Source of the DNA: Tubulanus polymorphus
Taxonomy: Eukaryota; Animalia; Nemertea
DNA length: 64,000 nt
NCBI RefSeq assembly: GCF_964204645.1
Contig: NC_134025.1
Location: forward strand, 29,802,299-29,866,298
Reading direction: 5' to 3'
The notes under the pieces are model-generated. The model did not search any database, was not told the DNA's origin, and was given only the letters and a program-made list of their open reading frames with translations. Numbering within the stretch: the first letter of the stretch is position 1; the number at the start of each line of letters is the position of its first letter. A program made the translations under genes and the position numbers. This document shows positions 52,001-64,000 of the stretch, piece after piece.

Positions 52001-55000
52001 GATAATGTACCTGTTATTTTGACCTCACAGAGTTCTATCGATATTCACCGTGTCGACAAACCGTATTAAAACACATCAAGTCGTACGATGCGAACAAATT
52101 TCATTACGTCGTCTTCGGGTCAAAATTCCGTCACATTTTCTCTCGCGCGTTTTGCGTGAGTCATGTTCGCGGCGCGATCGAGTTCAGTATTTTATTAACA
52201 AGTGTCGGATGGCTGGATGATTAAACCACTTTGTCTCATGCCTGTCAATGATATCCCATCCCTGACTCGTTTTCCCGGGCCGGAAAATCGCCTCGAATTC
52301 GATTTGCGCCGATTCAATGGCGAATTGATATGCGACGAAAAGGCTTTCGATTCAGTTTTGCGAATAATCGAGGTTGAACAGTTTGATCGTAATTCAATCC
52401 GAATGATAAGATCGTTCGAATCAAATGACGCAAAATCTCAGAACTGTTAGATGATTTGAACATCAGCATTCTGATTATAACTGCTTTAGAATTGGTGCCT
52501 GTAACTATCTACATGCAGTCGGCTAAGAATGTCCGACTTAGAGTAATTCAGATTTAGGGATATTCGTTTAAAATTCAACCGAGTAAAAAAAATCTAAATT
52601 GAGCCTACTTCGCACAAACCACATCATAGCTGTCTATAGCGCTATATAAACTCTTGTGGTATATGAATAATCCTTACAATTTATCTTTTAATTGTGGGTA
52701 TTTGTTAAATACTTGTAGAACATTTCTATGTTGTTGCGTATATTGTTTGTTGATAATGGCTACAGATATGTTTGTTATTGTTCCATTGTTTTGTATCAAT
52801 GTTGCTTCATATCTAGAAATTTCACCGTTTTTTCTCTCTTCTAATTTTTGAATATTGTAGGCTAGGAACGTGTATAAACAAGCAGTAAAACAGATGCCTT
52901 ATGAAGTAACTCTGTGGAAAGACGTAATGTTACATTTCTATTTCACCGTTTCATCATTCATTTCATATTTCATAGAATACTCATCGTTATTATGAATTTA
53001 GAGGTTCTGGAGGTGTCGGTATTTTTTCTCAATTTTTCTAAATGTTCATCCTTCGAGGCTCAAGAGAATTCATACTGGTACTGATAAAAAGGGTCTTTCA
53101 GGAGTCTGGGGGAAGCATCATGGGTTTTGGGGTAGCTTTCAGGAGTCTGGGGAAAGCATCAGGGGTTCTGGGTTAGCTTTCATGAGTCTGGGGGAAGCAT
53201 CAGGGGTTCTGGGTTAGCTTTCAGGAGTCTAGGGAAAGCATCAGGGGTTTTGGGGTAGCTTTCAGGAGTCTGGGGGAAGCATCAGGGGTTCTGGGGTAGC
53301 TTTCAGGAGTCTGAGGGAAGCATCAGGGGTTCTGGGGTAGCTTTCAGGAGTCCGAGGGAAGCATTAGGGGTTCTGGGTAGCTTTCAGGAGTCTAGGGAAG
53401 TTACAGGGGTTTCCCGGTAGCTTTCAGGAGTCTGTGGGAAGCATCAGGGTTTTGGGATAGCTTTCAGGAGTCTAGGGAAGTATCAGGGGTTCTGGGGTTG
53501 CTTTCAGGAGTCTGGGGATGTTACAGGGGTTCTGGGGTAGCTTTCAGGAGTCTAGGGAAGTATCAGGGGTTCTGGGGTTGCTTTCAGGAGTCTGGGGAAG
53601 CATCAGGGGTTCTGGGGTAGCTTTCAGGAGTCTGGGGGAAGCATCAGGGGTTCTGGGTTAGCTTTCTACGGAAGCTTCAGTGTTTTCGTGGTAGCTTTCA
53701 AGAGTCTGCAGAGTCTTTAGGAAAGCTTCAGGGGTTTCAGGTAGCTTATTGTGCTGTTCTATTCTCTTGTTTTCATACTTGTTGATCTGTACGCTTCTGT
53801 TTGAAATTGAAAAACCTCACAAGCAGCACACACCACACGCACTGATGAATAATAGATGAGTTTTGGGTCGTTAGTAATAATTAATGCGCTATTAATAAGT
53901 CTTTAAAGAGAAGATGTTTGAATTGCTCGTCAATCTGTCAAATATAGCACTCGAGTGAATCCTCCTCGTTTCGTTCGATAGCTCTTCACATGTCGTCGGG
54001 TATCGATGAAAAAAATCAGTCGAGTGGTAATTAAAACTAACTCATCAATAACAAGTAATGAGACCTGTAGAATACAGTACAGATAGTCTGGTTCTGTCTG
54101 TGTGTGTGGGTTGTAGTTATAGAGGAGCTGTTATACCTGGTATACAATCAGTAAACATAAAGATAAATAGTACTTTGAAGGTAAACTAGATTTATTTGCC
54201 CCTTATTTCATAAAACGTTGCCTTTTCATCTGAAACGCTCTTTTAAAAAATCTAACATTTCCATCTTTTATAAAAAATAACAAAAGCATTTTTTCGCCTT
54301 CGGTTATTATTATTTTACAGACCGATTTTCCGATACAAAACATCGATAAAACTGCGTAGAATTTCGAGTAGTTTCACCGCAGTGTTTTCAGTGACGACCA
54401 ACTGCCGATAGACAATCGTTACAATTATTGTAAAATGTGTAATATTGTCAGCGGAGGCGGCAGCGGTCAGGAGGAGAGACTGCCGGTGATTCATTTAAAC
54501 CACGCATCAATCACTCTTTGATAATTAATTGTCATTGTGTCATCACACTCTATAACAAACATTACTCTCTGTATTGTTACTCGGTTCAGATAAGTCTAAT
54601 TAATCAGTTAAACGCAGCATTGTTTGTCGTGTGAATTATCAAATATTAGAACACACGATTCTCGATTATTTGTTTGATGATGAATGCGACGTTTTTTCAG
54701 TTATAAATCACTTTAAGTCCACACGCGTTACTATTATCATTATACGTGGTGCTTCGTGGTCATTCGTATGAATTAGTTACGGGTCAATTAACACTCAACG
54801 CTTTTGGTCATGAATTCCACGAGTCTAAAACTATTCACTAATGTACTATAATCAATGTGATGAACTATGACGAATGACATCGAACTTTATGTTAATGCAA
54901 TATTTCAAATATTGCGTTATTGTATTTGAAGCTTTCGTAGTACAGCAACGTACCAGAAGCCGATTTCTAAGTTCTTGGTTAAGATTTTGGCCGAACTTGA

Positions 55001-55420
55001 TCCTTATCTTGACATCTTCTATTTTCGAGTCAATATTTCAACTAAAACGATATCATTTATTTTTCAATTTGTATATATCTGTTGAGGTTTTGGGGGCTTT
55101 TAAATGCTTTATATATTAATGCACTGTATTTGGGGTGGATCTAGTGGGTATTTCGGGCCCATGTTGTTCATCCTCTCAGATTACTATATTTCTGCTTTAT
55201 CCAAACAATTCCCTTTCTTCCTTTTAACCCTAGATCCACCCTGTGTCTGTGTATGTTTGATATTCAGTGTATGTTTGATGTTCTGTTTTCTGCCTATATA
55301 TAGTTTATCCTGTTCGAGTTTGTTCGCGGTAGTTCGACTGATGCACAAATATTGATTAACGAAGCGACAAAGTTGGGATTGAACTTACAAGAATTTCTAC
55401 AAACTATTTCTCACGCATGA
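36724..55420 (+). CDS. ZFC3H1: Zinc finger C3H1 domain-containing protein (PAXT adaptor ZFC3H1), multi-exon
   Basis: N-terminal REEGELSDD motif; low-complexity, Pro-rich and coiled-coil middle (LLRAQLLQS); zinc finger IDPKKLVCRFDLMGKCNDDSCQWQH (~43865-44030); HAT repeats (LWIKLAY..ALNVMSRALE..LWLHYL); last exons ~51231-51270, 52861-52923 and 55284-55420. Confidence 0.88.
43055..43097 (+). repeat. CAG microsatellite encoding polyQ in ZFC3H1
   Basis: In-frame (CAG)n in ORF 42774-43262 giving a run of about 14 Gln. Confidence 0.9.
48763..49044. mobile_element. piggyBac-type MITE
   Basis: ttaacccctttcagtg ... cattgaaagggttaa termini with TTAA on both sides; the interior matches the reverse complement of 12801-13112. 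Confidence 0.7.
53095..53745. repeat. G-rich minisatellite, ~41-bp unit, about 15 copies (ZFC3H1 intron)
   Basis: Unit ctttcaggagtctgggggaagcatcaggggttctggggtag repeated in tandem. Confidence 0.9.
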
Positions 55421-55495
55421 AATGCCCGGGAACGTTGACTAGTAGTCGCCCATATCCGATTGGGCTTTATAGCGCGATTGATAATCTCTGAGTTT

Positions 55496-55690
55496 GCTGG
55501 CCTACTGTCAGTCCGGAGTGGGCTAGCTTGCTGTCAGCCCGGAGTGGGCTAACCTACTGTCAGTCAGGAGTCTGAAAGCTTGCTGTCAGCCTGGAGTGTG
55601 CTGGCCTGCTGTCAGCCTGGAGCTCGCTGGCCTGCTGTCAGCCTGGAGCACGCTGGCCTGCTGTCAGCCTGGAGTGCGCTGGCCTGCTGC
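55496..55690. repeat. ~25-bp tandem repeat in the ZFC3H1 3' region
   Basis: gctggcctgctgtcagcctggagtgc-like unit, about 7-8 copies. Confidence 0.85.
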
Positions 55691-57021
55691 TGGTGACTCT
55701 CTTCGGGCAAAAGCCTGGGAGTCACTTCATATCACCGTGATATAATCTGTATCTTTTCTACTTAATGAAACCAGTTGGATTCAGGATGGAACTATCATTA
55801 TCGGCGTATAAACTGAATGCTGGCTGACTGAAGAGCAGTGAGGAGTTTATAACGTGCTCGTGCCTTTACCGCCCACCGCCCGCCGCCCGCCCACCCAGTC
55901 ACGACAACCACCAGTTTATTTACCGTTAGTGAAATGCTATCACAGATTCACGTGATATCCCTGGTTTTAATGAAGCATGTCTTCCATCTACGGGATACGT
56001 AAGTAAGTATATTTGGGGGTCGAATAGATAGATTCATAACTCGTGGAGTTGTAGGATGTGAAAGATTTCAATTCGTTTGAAATCAGTTTTATTGCACTGT
56101 TTTTCGCGTTGAATGTTCACGCGCTGCTTATGAACTTTTTTAAAAGAATATTTACTGCAAGTGATTCATATATTCATCGTTGCTTCCCTCATTACTATTG
56201 ATTACTATTGATTATCAGAAGACTTTTATTTCGCCCTTTGTGATAAGTAACAAAAGTGACTGTTCATCAAATGATATAATTGCATTTTATTATTTGACGA
56301 TTAGAAAATTCACGAATTCATATCTTGAAATAATTGCTATCTTGTATATAATACTTGTCACTGGTTTCATAATGTCTGGAAATGTCAGAGTTTTTTTCTC
56401 AATATATCAAGATCGGATTCAAACATGACATTTACTGACGATGCACTATTAAAAGTATTAGTAATCATATGTTTATAATTATTATTATTATATTTGTGAA
56501 ATATTATTCAGATGTATTAATACATTATGATTTATTCTAATTTCTCATTGTACGTTATTTTCTGTGTGATTTTTGTTCCATTGGCGCATATTCGGTGTCC
56601 ACATATGGCCTGTGGACTAGAGGATGTCGAGGACAAGTTATTCATTGAAATAGTCAGAAGTCATGTTTATAGAGAACAAACTGGTCCCTGAGTTGTAAGA
56701 CTGGATCCCCATAGTACTGATTCCACAGTGGAGACTTAAAGGCTAAAAATAAGCTCATATCTTATTAGGCAGTTTACTGGACCAAAGTGAACTAAGCCTG
56801 TTGACTATAGAACTGGTGGCAGGGATTTTACAATCTCTGGCCTACGAGCAATCATCTATCTCATCAGATGATTGCTCGTAGCTCTCACTGACTGAACACA
56901 ATACAATGATACAATGTAAGGATCTCGGATAGGAGGAAGTGAAAGTAAAATGGGATTCATCAAGCCGACAAACAGCACAGTCAAATATCTGATAATTCAT
57001 CACATCCCTCAAGTCATTACA

Positions 57022-57196
57022 CAGTCAACCCCCGATATACCGCCCACGCCGGTACAGAACGATTTTGGCGGTATAGAGAGTATGGCGGTATATCGGGGTT
57101 GTTTTACTATGTATTTGTATAGAGATTTACTTTGAGAAAACCTGGCGGTAGGCGGGGTGGCGGTATATGGGAGGGCAGTATATCGGGGGTTGACTG
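57022..57196. mobile_element. Tc1/mariner(pogo)-type MITE
   Basis: Inverted termini cagtcaacccccgatatac / gtatatcgggggttgactg followed by TA. Confidence 0.65.
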
Positions 57197-59083
57197 TATA
57201 TCCCTATTTTGATACCTAATTCAATCTACTAAGTGTAAGTCGTATCAACACAAGGATAGGTCACAACTACGACGACTTTAGTTAGTTTAGTCATCGAAGT
57301 GATGATACCGAAACACAACCATTTCTATAGTTTCATAGGAGTAAAATAGTACATAAGTAAAATAGTACATAATGTAATTGATCTTGGAAGAATATGGTTT
57401 GTAAAATGTTGGCTCGAATGAAGACGCTTATGAATAGTTAGTTCAATTCGTCCTCGTATAGCGTTAATGACCTTGCAATGATTTATTAGGTCCTCGTTCT
57501 ATAATTATTAATCGTGAAAAAAAAATATCAGTGCTGTCAATAAGGGATGGTTGAAGAGAGGGATGAGTGAGAGGAGTGGGAGGGCTGGATGAAATCAGTC
57601 AAGAGTTAATTATACGTCGTACATCAACTGTTGATTATAGTGTGATATTACGGCAATTAAACTAGAAGCAAACAGCTGAGTCCAACCATCAGAGATATTT
57701 GTCCTTTTATACCGGTGAGACCTAGAAAATAGCTGCAGAGATCAGTGTGTGGCAGTTACAGAGCTGCAATTTTATACCCATCGATCGTTGAGAATCTGGA
57801 TACACATCAGGAAAACATTTCCAGCAGAGACCATTCCTCGTTTAACACATCGCCGCGAGGCAGAAAACAAGAAATAACATACATTTTCACAAGTACTCGG
57901 TTTTTTATATTTGAAAATATGTATAAAATTTTATTTACATAACATTTTACAAGATGTCTTCGTTGAATAAGATCAAATGAATAGTTTCTACAAGTTACTG
58001 AATTCAAGAATTTATGATTATATTAAAGTGTCTTAGTTACTGAAGTTGATGCATTCAGAGAGGGATAAATACATCGTTTATATTCACAATTATAGAGGTC
58101 TTTTGCTTTACCAGGTGACCAGGCCTAGTCGGGCAAACCATCGACTCTAGAGCCATGGGTCCATGGTCAAACACAATGAGTGATTCATACATATGACCAT
58201 GGGCGTATAAACTATAATCTAGTTTATACGGCCATGATATGACAGACCATCGAAGTTTGTGAAACCTCTGATTTATTTTTGTATGACTAGTCTCCAGCAC
58301 TGACGTACAGACAAACTGTGACGTCACGTATGCGAGACCCCTAGGACTTCTGGCACAAATCCAAAATCCAATGTAAAACGAAGTAGAGTCCATGGCTGAA
58401 AGCAATGCAATATGAATATGAACGGTGAATGTATTCACAATCACTTCGGGGAATTAACATCACTGTATTTTTCGTCCATCAGAATTTCTGAGAATTATCA
58501 TTCAAAAAAGAGTGGTCGATATTTCAGAATATTCGGTCATATGAGGACAGTTTCCAAATTTGCGTTAGTTTATAATATTGAAAAATAGACTCGTAGAAAT
58601 CTTGCGTGTGATCGATTACAAAATATCTTTATACAAATATACATGTTTCAATATACACAATGCATGTAATTACATTTTATCCTTATTCCCTCAAAAATGA
58701 ATCATTCTGAAGTTCAGGATGCGTTACTACTAATGAACTACACTGCACTGCACTGTCTGTGCGCGTTACAATCTGATACTAACTGAAATACTCTTTATTA
58801 TGCAATCACAAGTCACGTCATATATTAATTGATATATTCTGCACGATATATCTTAGTCTTATTGAGACTCAAAACTGAAAAAAATTCTCAAGGAAATCGT
58901 CGATATAAACAATCAAAGAGGCTGAATATAAGAAATAAATGCTTTATATACTTATGTACGTAATACAATGTTGTTCTTTACTTTGATTCATAAAACTTCC
59001 TTCTAACGAAATTGATTATTTCCAGTCTAAATTATTGAAGAATTATAGAAGCGAATATGAAGCTAAAGATAGGGATGGATGGA

Positions 59084-62000
59084 TTATCCCTGATTATTGT
59101 TCATGTTGTAGAGACGCCTCATTTTTTCCTGCTCGGTCATCGTCTGAAAAATACAGAAATGACGACAAAAACAGAAAATTAATAAAGCTAAATTACCACC
59201 ACATACAAAAGAACCAGGAAAGAACTCGTAATTGTGGTTCATAAATGTTTAAAATAGAAGGGAATTTACCGTTTGCTGTCCGGGACACAGAGGTAAAACA
59301 CAATATCTTCTTTCTAAACGCGAATCGCAAGGCTGTCCACCCCATCGGTCTTTCTTGATGATTGATCTGGTTCGCTCTTGTATGTTGTCATCTCCACATG
59401 TTTGAGGACAAGGCGACCACTGAGACCATTCTCCTAATTCACAGTCTCTTGCTGCAATTGATAGACAGATACTGATAGCTGACGGCAATGTACTGTCATA
59501 TCATAATTACACTAAAAGTTAGGATATCATACAATCAATATGATGCCATGATTCACTTGGCATTTCCATAGACGTCAATGATACACTTCTGATGTTCAAT
59601 TACTGGTGGTTCCAGCTCGCTTTACGTAGAAATGCAGAACTTGGGCGTTATTTCCGATTTTTTGTTATATATACTTACGACATTTTGCCGCGTGCTTGCA
59701 TCGCTTTCTTTGTACAAGTTTTTTCGGACACGGTTGTCCGCCTTCTTCAGCTTCTCGTTTAATCATCCTGGCGCGAGTGCTGTGACCTCGACCGCATGTC
59801 CGAGAACACGGTGACCATTCTGACCACTGAGTGACCATACAGTCAGCCGTATCCCCGGCCTGAATACCCGGTATACTGTTTATACTGTGGTCTGGAATTT
59901 GGCGCCTGCCTTGGCTTTCTAAATCTAGAATAAACAAAATGTAACATTGAAGAACAGTTTCACCAGTTAAAGATTTAGCAGATATTATTAGATTATGTAT
60001 CATTATTCTTTATCCCAAACTACACGATGATAAAAAGGAAATGCCATTCAAGTCGATGTTAACCAGGAGAAGTTACAAACTTGTAACCATAAAACACGGC
60101 CCTGGCGCCATGGAAATGCATACAACCCTCAAAATCTGTTTTTATACACATATGCTGGTATCATCCATCCACATATCATTCACTAGTATTATAAGTGGTC
60201 AATTCAAATTCTCATTCTAACCCCAGGGGCGGATTTAGACTGTGTCGACCGTGTCGCCCGACACGGTCGGAATTCTAAAGTGCCTTTTTATTTTTTCTCT
60301 GTATCAAAATTTGCCGTTGTAACCACCCGAGATACACAATAGATATTTTTCCTAAATATAAAACCTATGTTTCTTGACTAAATGCCTCTCAGAGATGCTC
60401 AGAAAGCTCTAAAATGTTAGTAAAATCTAAAACATTTTGCTGATATGCCTTTCCGCCCTGAATTAAGAATATATGCCCTTTTTATTGGTCGACATGGTCA
60501 CAACATGCCCCTGGATCCACCCCTGAACCCGGGCACCGACCGACCACGATCTTCGTTTTAAAACAACACTTACGTCTTTTTAACTCGGCGCAATCTCTTT
60601 CGCACTTCTCTTCTGTTTCAAAACGATTACCATTTCCACGACAACCTCCATAATGGAACGGTATGCATTTTCTCATCGTTGTTTCGAAGTAATACCTCAG
60701 GAAACTGCCTCTACACGGCCCTACATCCTTCGGTAATTGACAGGCGGCTGAAAAATGAAACAGCACTCGATATGTAAATACGCGCAAATCTGAGTATCGA
60801 ATTTGACTCTATCGTTCGAACGAAAACAATAGTTACCTGAAAAGTTTTTGACAGCTCCTTCACGAGAACAGTCATCGATTCGACCCGTACAAGTTTCTCT
60901 CTGATGCAGATCGCGTGAACAATCGCGTCCTTCGAGTCGTCGGATATAGAATCTCTGTCGTTCTCTGATACCTTCACCGCAAGTGACGCTACACGGGGAC
61001 CACTCGGACCAGGCGGATACCGCGCATTCCTCGCTGTAATCGCATTCATTTTCTATTCCTAAACAATTCTCTTTCTCCATTAATGCTATGTTACACATGT
61101 TTGGATTGATTCCTGTAATTAACGATCGTTTTCTGACCATCATTCCAACTCCACAGGTTACGCTGCAAGCTGACCAATCCGACCAATCAGATACTGCGCA
61201 TTTACCTGAAAATAGTACAATTTTTACGTTGAAGAACAGTTTCAAAGCTTCAATAGAGAATATCGACAAAAACATCATTATGAGCTGGTATGTACATTTT
61301 TCACTTTTTTCAATACTAAGTATTGGTAAAAATGACATTATGAGCTAGTTCGTACATTTTTGTTTTTTTTTTTCAATACAAAGTATTGGTAAAATTGTCA
61401 TTGTGAGCTGGTATGTATATTTTTGCTTTTTTCAATACAAAGTATTGGTAAAAATGTCATTGTGAGCTGGTATGTATATTTTTGCTTTTTTCAATACAAA
61501 GTATTGGTAAAAATGTCATTGTGAGCTGGTATGTATATTTTTGCTTTTTTCAATACAAAGTATTGGTAAAAATGTTATTGTGAGCCGTCATTTTTGATTA
61601 GATATTCAAAACAATACGCGTGTCACCATAATACTCTGACTAAGAGTATTGTCGAGGTGAAACTAACCCATCATTAACTTCTTCTTGGCCATGTCCTCGG
61701 AAAGATCAGATCCTTGAGTAAATCGTTCATCAGTTAAAGTATCACGCACGCATTCGTCATCGCTGTACGGATCTAAACGCCTTAGAAATATCGTAGCCAT
61801 CGGTTTTATCGGTTCGGGAGAATGGAACGGCGACCTCCAATCATCAGGAAACCTGTTCGTTATTTTGTGGATTTTCTCTTGCGGTTGAGTTTTCCAATTA
61901 TCCGACTAAAAAAAAGATATCCATTCGTTCGAAAAGGTCAAGTGTTTGATATCGATACCTTTTTTCGAATCGGTACCAAAGTTACTACGATATTCTGTTA

Positions 62001-63585
62001 TTGTTTACGAGGATCTTTAATCAAATAAAAAAACAATACAATGGAATGTAGACCTATTGATCTTATATCCTGTAAATGTCTGTTGATTTGATGGAAGATT
62101 GATGATAAAGTACTATCTATTTCTGTGTCAATTTTTATAATTCATTTGCTTGTTTGTTCAGAAGCTCTAGATCATCGAAATAATACAAACACGAATGGCA
62201 AAAATTAATTTCTTTTTTTTCTCTTACAGCTCTGTCCTTTAGTGGGACCATCAATTTAGGGTTTTGTCAATTGAACGAATTTTGATTGTGAGACCAGACA
62301 TTGAATCGACAATCTGAGATCGAAGATCGAATGGCGGATAAGTTGAATAATGACGCTGACACTCAACAGATAATCATCATCTATTCTCTAGCGTACCCGA
62401 TAAGATATTCCGCTGTCTGTACCAGCATCCCACGGGTACAATTCAATTCTCTGATCACCAGCCCACTTACAGTCAGGCGTACACAAGTTTAATCCGCTAA
62501 TACCTGCATGAAAAAGAGAACATCATTGAAGTAACTGAACAAGTCGTGCAAACCATTCATTTTCAAGAACTGTCACGGTTTTAAAAACGTACCGACACAC
62601 CAGTCAGGACTGGGTCCTATCATTGACAATAATGATAGTAGATTGTGAGTGCGATTAACAGTGAATCGAGCCCAGCGAATTTGATTCAGATTCACCCAGA
62701 TTCCCGGCGTCATTATAACCGTCCTTACACGATTTCCCTGCAAAATCAAAGCATATCGATGTAGTCATCCATCACGTGGTTTCGATGCTGAAATACGTAG
62801 AAAACCCGCCACTTTTTTACGGAAGAAACTACGTCAAGGACACCTGCAGCGGGAGACATTGATTTGGCGTCTTTTAAGACACATTTGGGAATAATTAACA
62901 GCTGAGCCATACAGTATTTTACCTGAGGCTGCTATCAGTAAACGACGACCAGTATGTAAATAGACTCTAAATGTACACATTACTTTACAATACAATACAA
63001 TATTAAACATAATAGAAAAAGTGCATTACATGATTAGGACATTAAGTACATCGTTATTTTTTCAAATGACTGAATAGTTCACAACATTCCGCCAAAGGAT
63101 ATCATAATTTTGTCATAAATGACAGAATGATTTAGAGTTTTCCTCTGTCATAAGCGACGGTCACACGAGGAGATTCTGGGCTTACGAAGCACCGTATTTC
63201 TGTGGTGCCGAATTTGTCGGAATATCGTGCGTACAGAGCACGTGATTAAAGCCCGCTTTAGTTATGCCGATATTGAGAGTGATTTCAAGATGGCATTTCC
63301 ATTTTCTTGTATATATTTTCCATTCAAAATCCATTCTTAACCTATTCTCCAGTCTTCCGAATAGCAGCTTGAATTGCCAGTATATTTGGTGTTACAACTG
63401 TAGCTAACGTGAGTGAAATAGACGCGACTTACATGAGCTTTGATTTCTTGTTCCAATGTTCTCGGATAACCGAATTCACAAACATCTTTTACGCCTTTTG
63501 TAGCGATACCGCCGTATTTCCAGATCGTGTAATCTTTACTGTGCGAGGCCCCGACTATATGAGACCAATGTAACAAATGCCTGGC
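59084..63585 (-). CDS. SPON1: F-spondin / spondin-1, 3' part (spondin_N, TSP1 repeats, Kunitz domain); 5' end lies beyond the window
   Basis: HWSHIVGASHSKDY..; LSLLSMIGPSPDWCVG; LYPWDAGTDSGISY; TSP1 CAVSDWSDWSACSVTCG repeats; Kunitz CQLPKDVGPCRG..FHYGGCRGNGNRF; two further TSP1 repeats; last exon ends at 59084. Confidence 0.92.
60224..60526. mobile_element. MITE with CAGGGGCGGAT-type termini (similar ends to the 20472 element)
   Basis: caggggcggatttag ... ctggatccacccctg; similar ends also at 55131-55243. Confidence 0.55.
61268..61585. repeat. ~59-bp tandem repeat in a SPON1 intron
   Basis: Unit tttttcaatacaaagtattggtaaaaatgtcattgtgagctggtatgtatatttttgc, about 5 copies. Confidence 0.9.
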
Positions 63586-64000
63586 TGTAAAATAAGATTA
63601 GTTTTACCATTTAGATTTAGGAAAAGATGAAGACTTTTGCGATAAGATTTATTTTCGGCCTAATGCGAATACGATATAAGAAACCACGTAGCCCTCTTGG
63701 CTGGGAATATTCCATCTTTTAAAAAGCTTTTACCTATTCTGTGGCATATATTTTCGCTATTAAGACCTGACGTTAAGAGCCATATTTCATTATGATCGTT
63801 AGCGTTTCATTAGTGCAACAGGAAGTTGACAATAAGAGCTTTTTATCGGTGAGATTGAGAGAGGCTCATCTGAGTGTGAGGGGCGCCAAATGTAAATAAA
63901 TATCTAGCCTTTTCATAAAGAAACCAGCACTTTGTATGCAGTAAGGGACGAACTACTACAAACAAGAGCTCGTCGCAGGTAATAAAGACATGTTCCGCTA

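Noticed and set aside
60570-60750. Kunitz domain within spondin as a novel fusion
   Set aside because: Kunitz-containing F-spondins are already known in invertebrates.

Overview
AT-rich, intron-containing animal genomic DNA; a lophotrochozoan-like invertebrate is inferred from gene content and short GT-AG introns, but the species cannot be determined. Eight protein-coding genes can be assembled by hand: a MAM+LDLa type-I membrane protein (-), TOMM20 (-), TBC1D15/17 (+), JMJD4 (-), an alpha-type nicotinic acetylcholine receptor-like subunit (+), POLR3E (-), ZFC3H1 (+) and the 3' part of F-spondin/SPON1 (-). The main observation is that the two apparent repeat regions flanking the nAChR gene (about 20.4-21.7 kb and 26.7-31.0 kb) are minus-strand tandem arrays of about 45 pre-miRNA-like hairpins of five sequence types. 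The hairpin bodies differ, but the intact 3p arms all start UAGCAC (seeds AGCACA, AGCACC = miR-29 seed, AGCACG). Most types carry CNNC at the canonical +16/17 position. Each array is preceded by a copy of the same ~230-bp promoter-like block. The architecture resembles the miR-430/427/309-type amplified same-seed clusters; that function is inference. Also present are MITE-like elements, Penelope-type minimal hammerhead motifs and several tandem repeats. All folding, counts and exon boundaries were done by eye.
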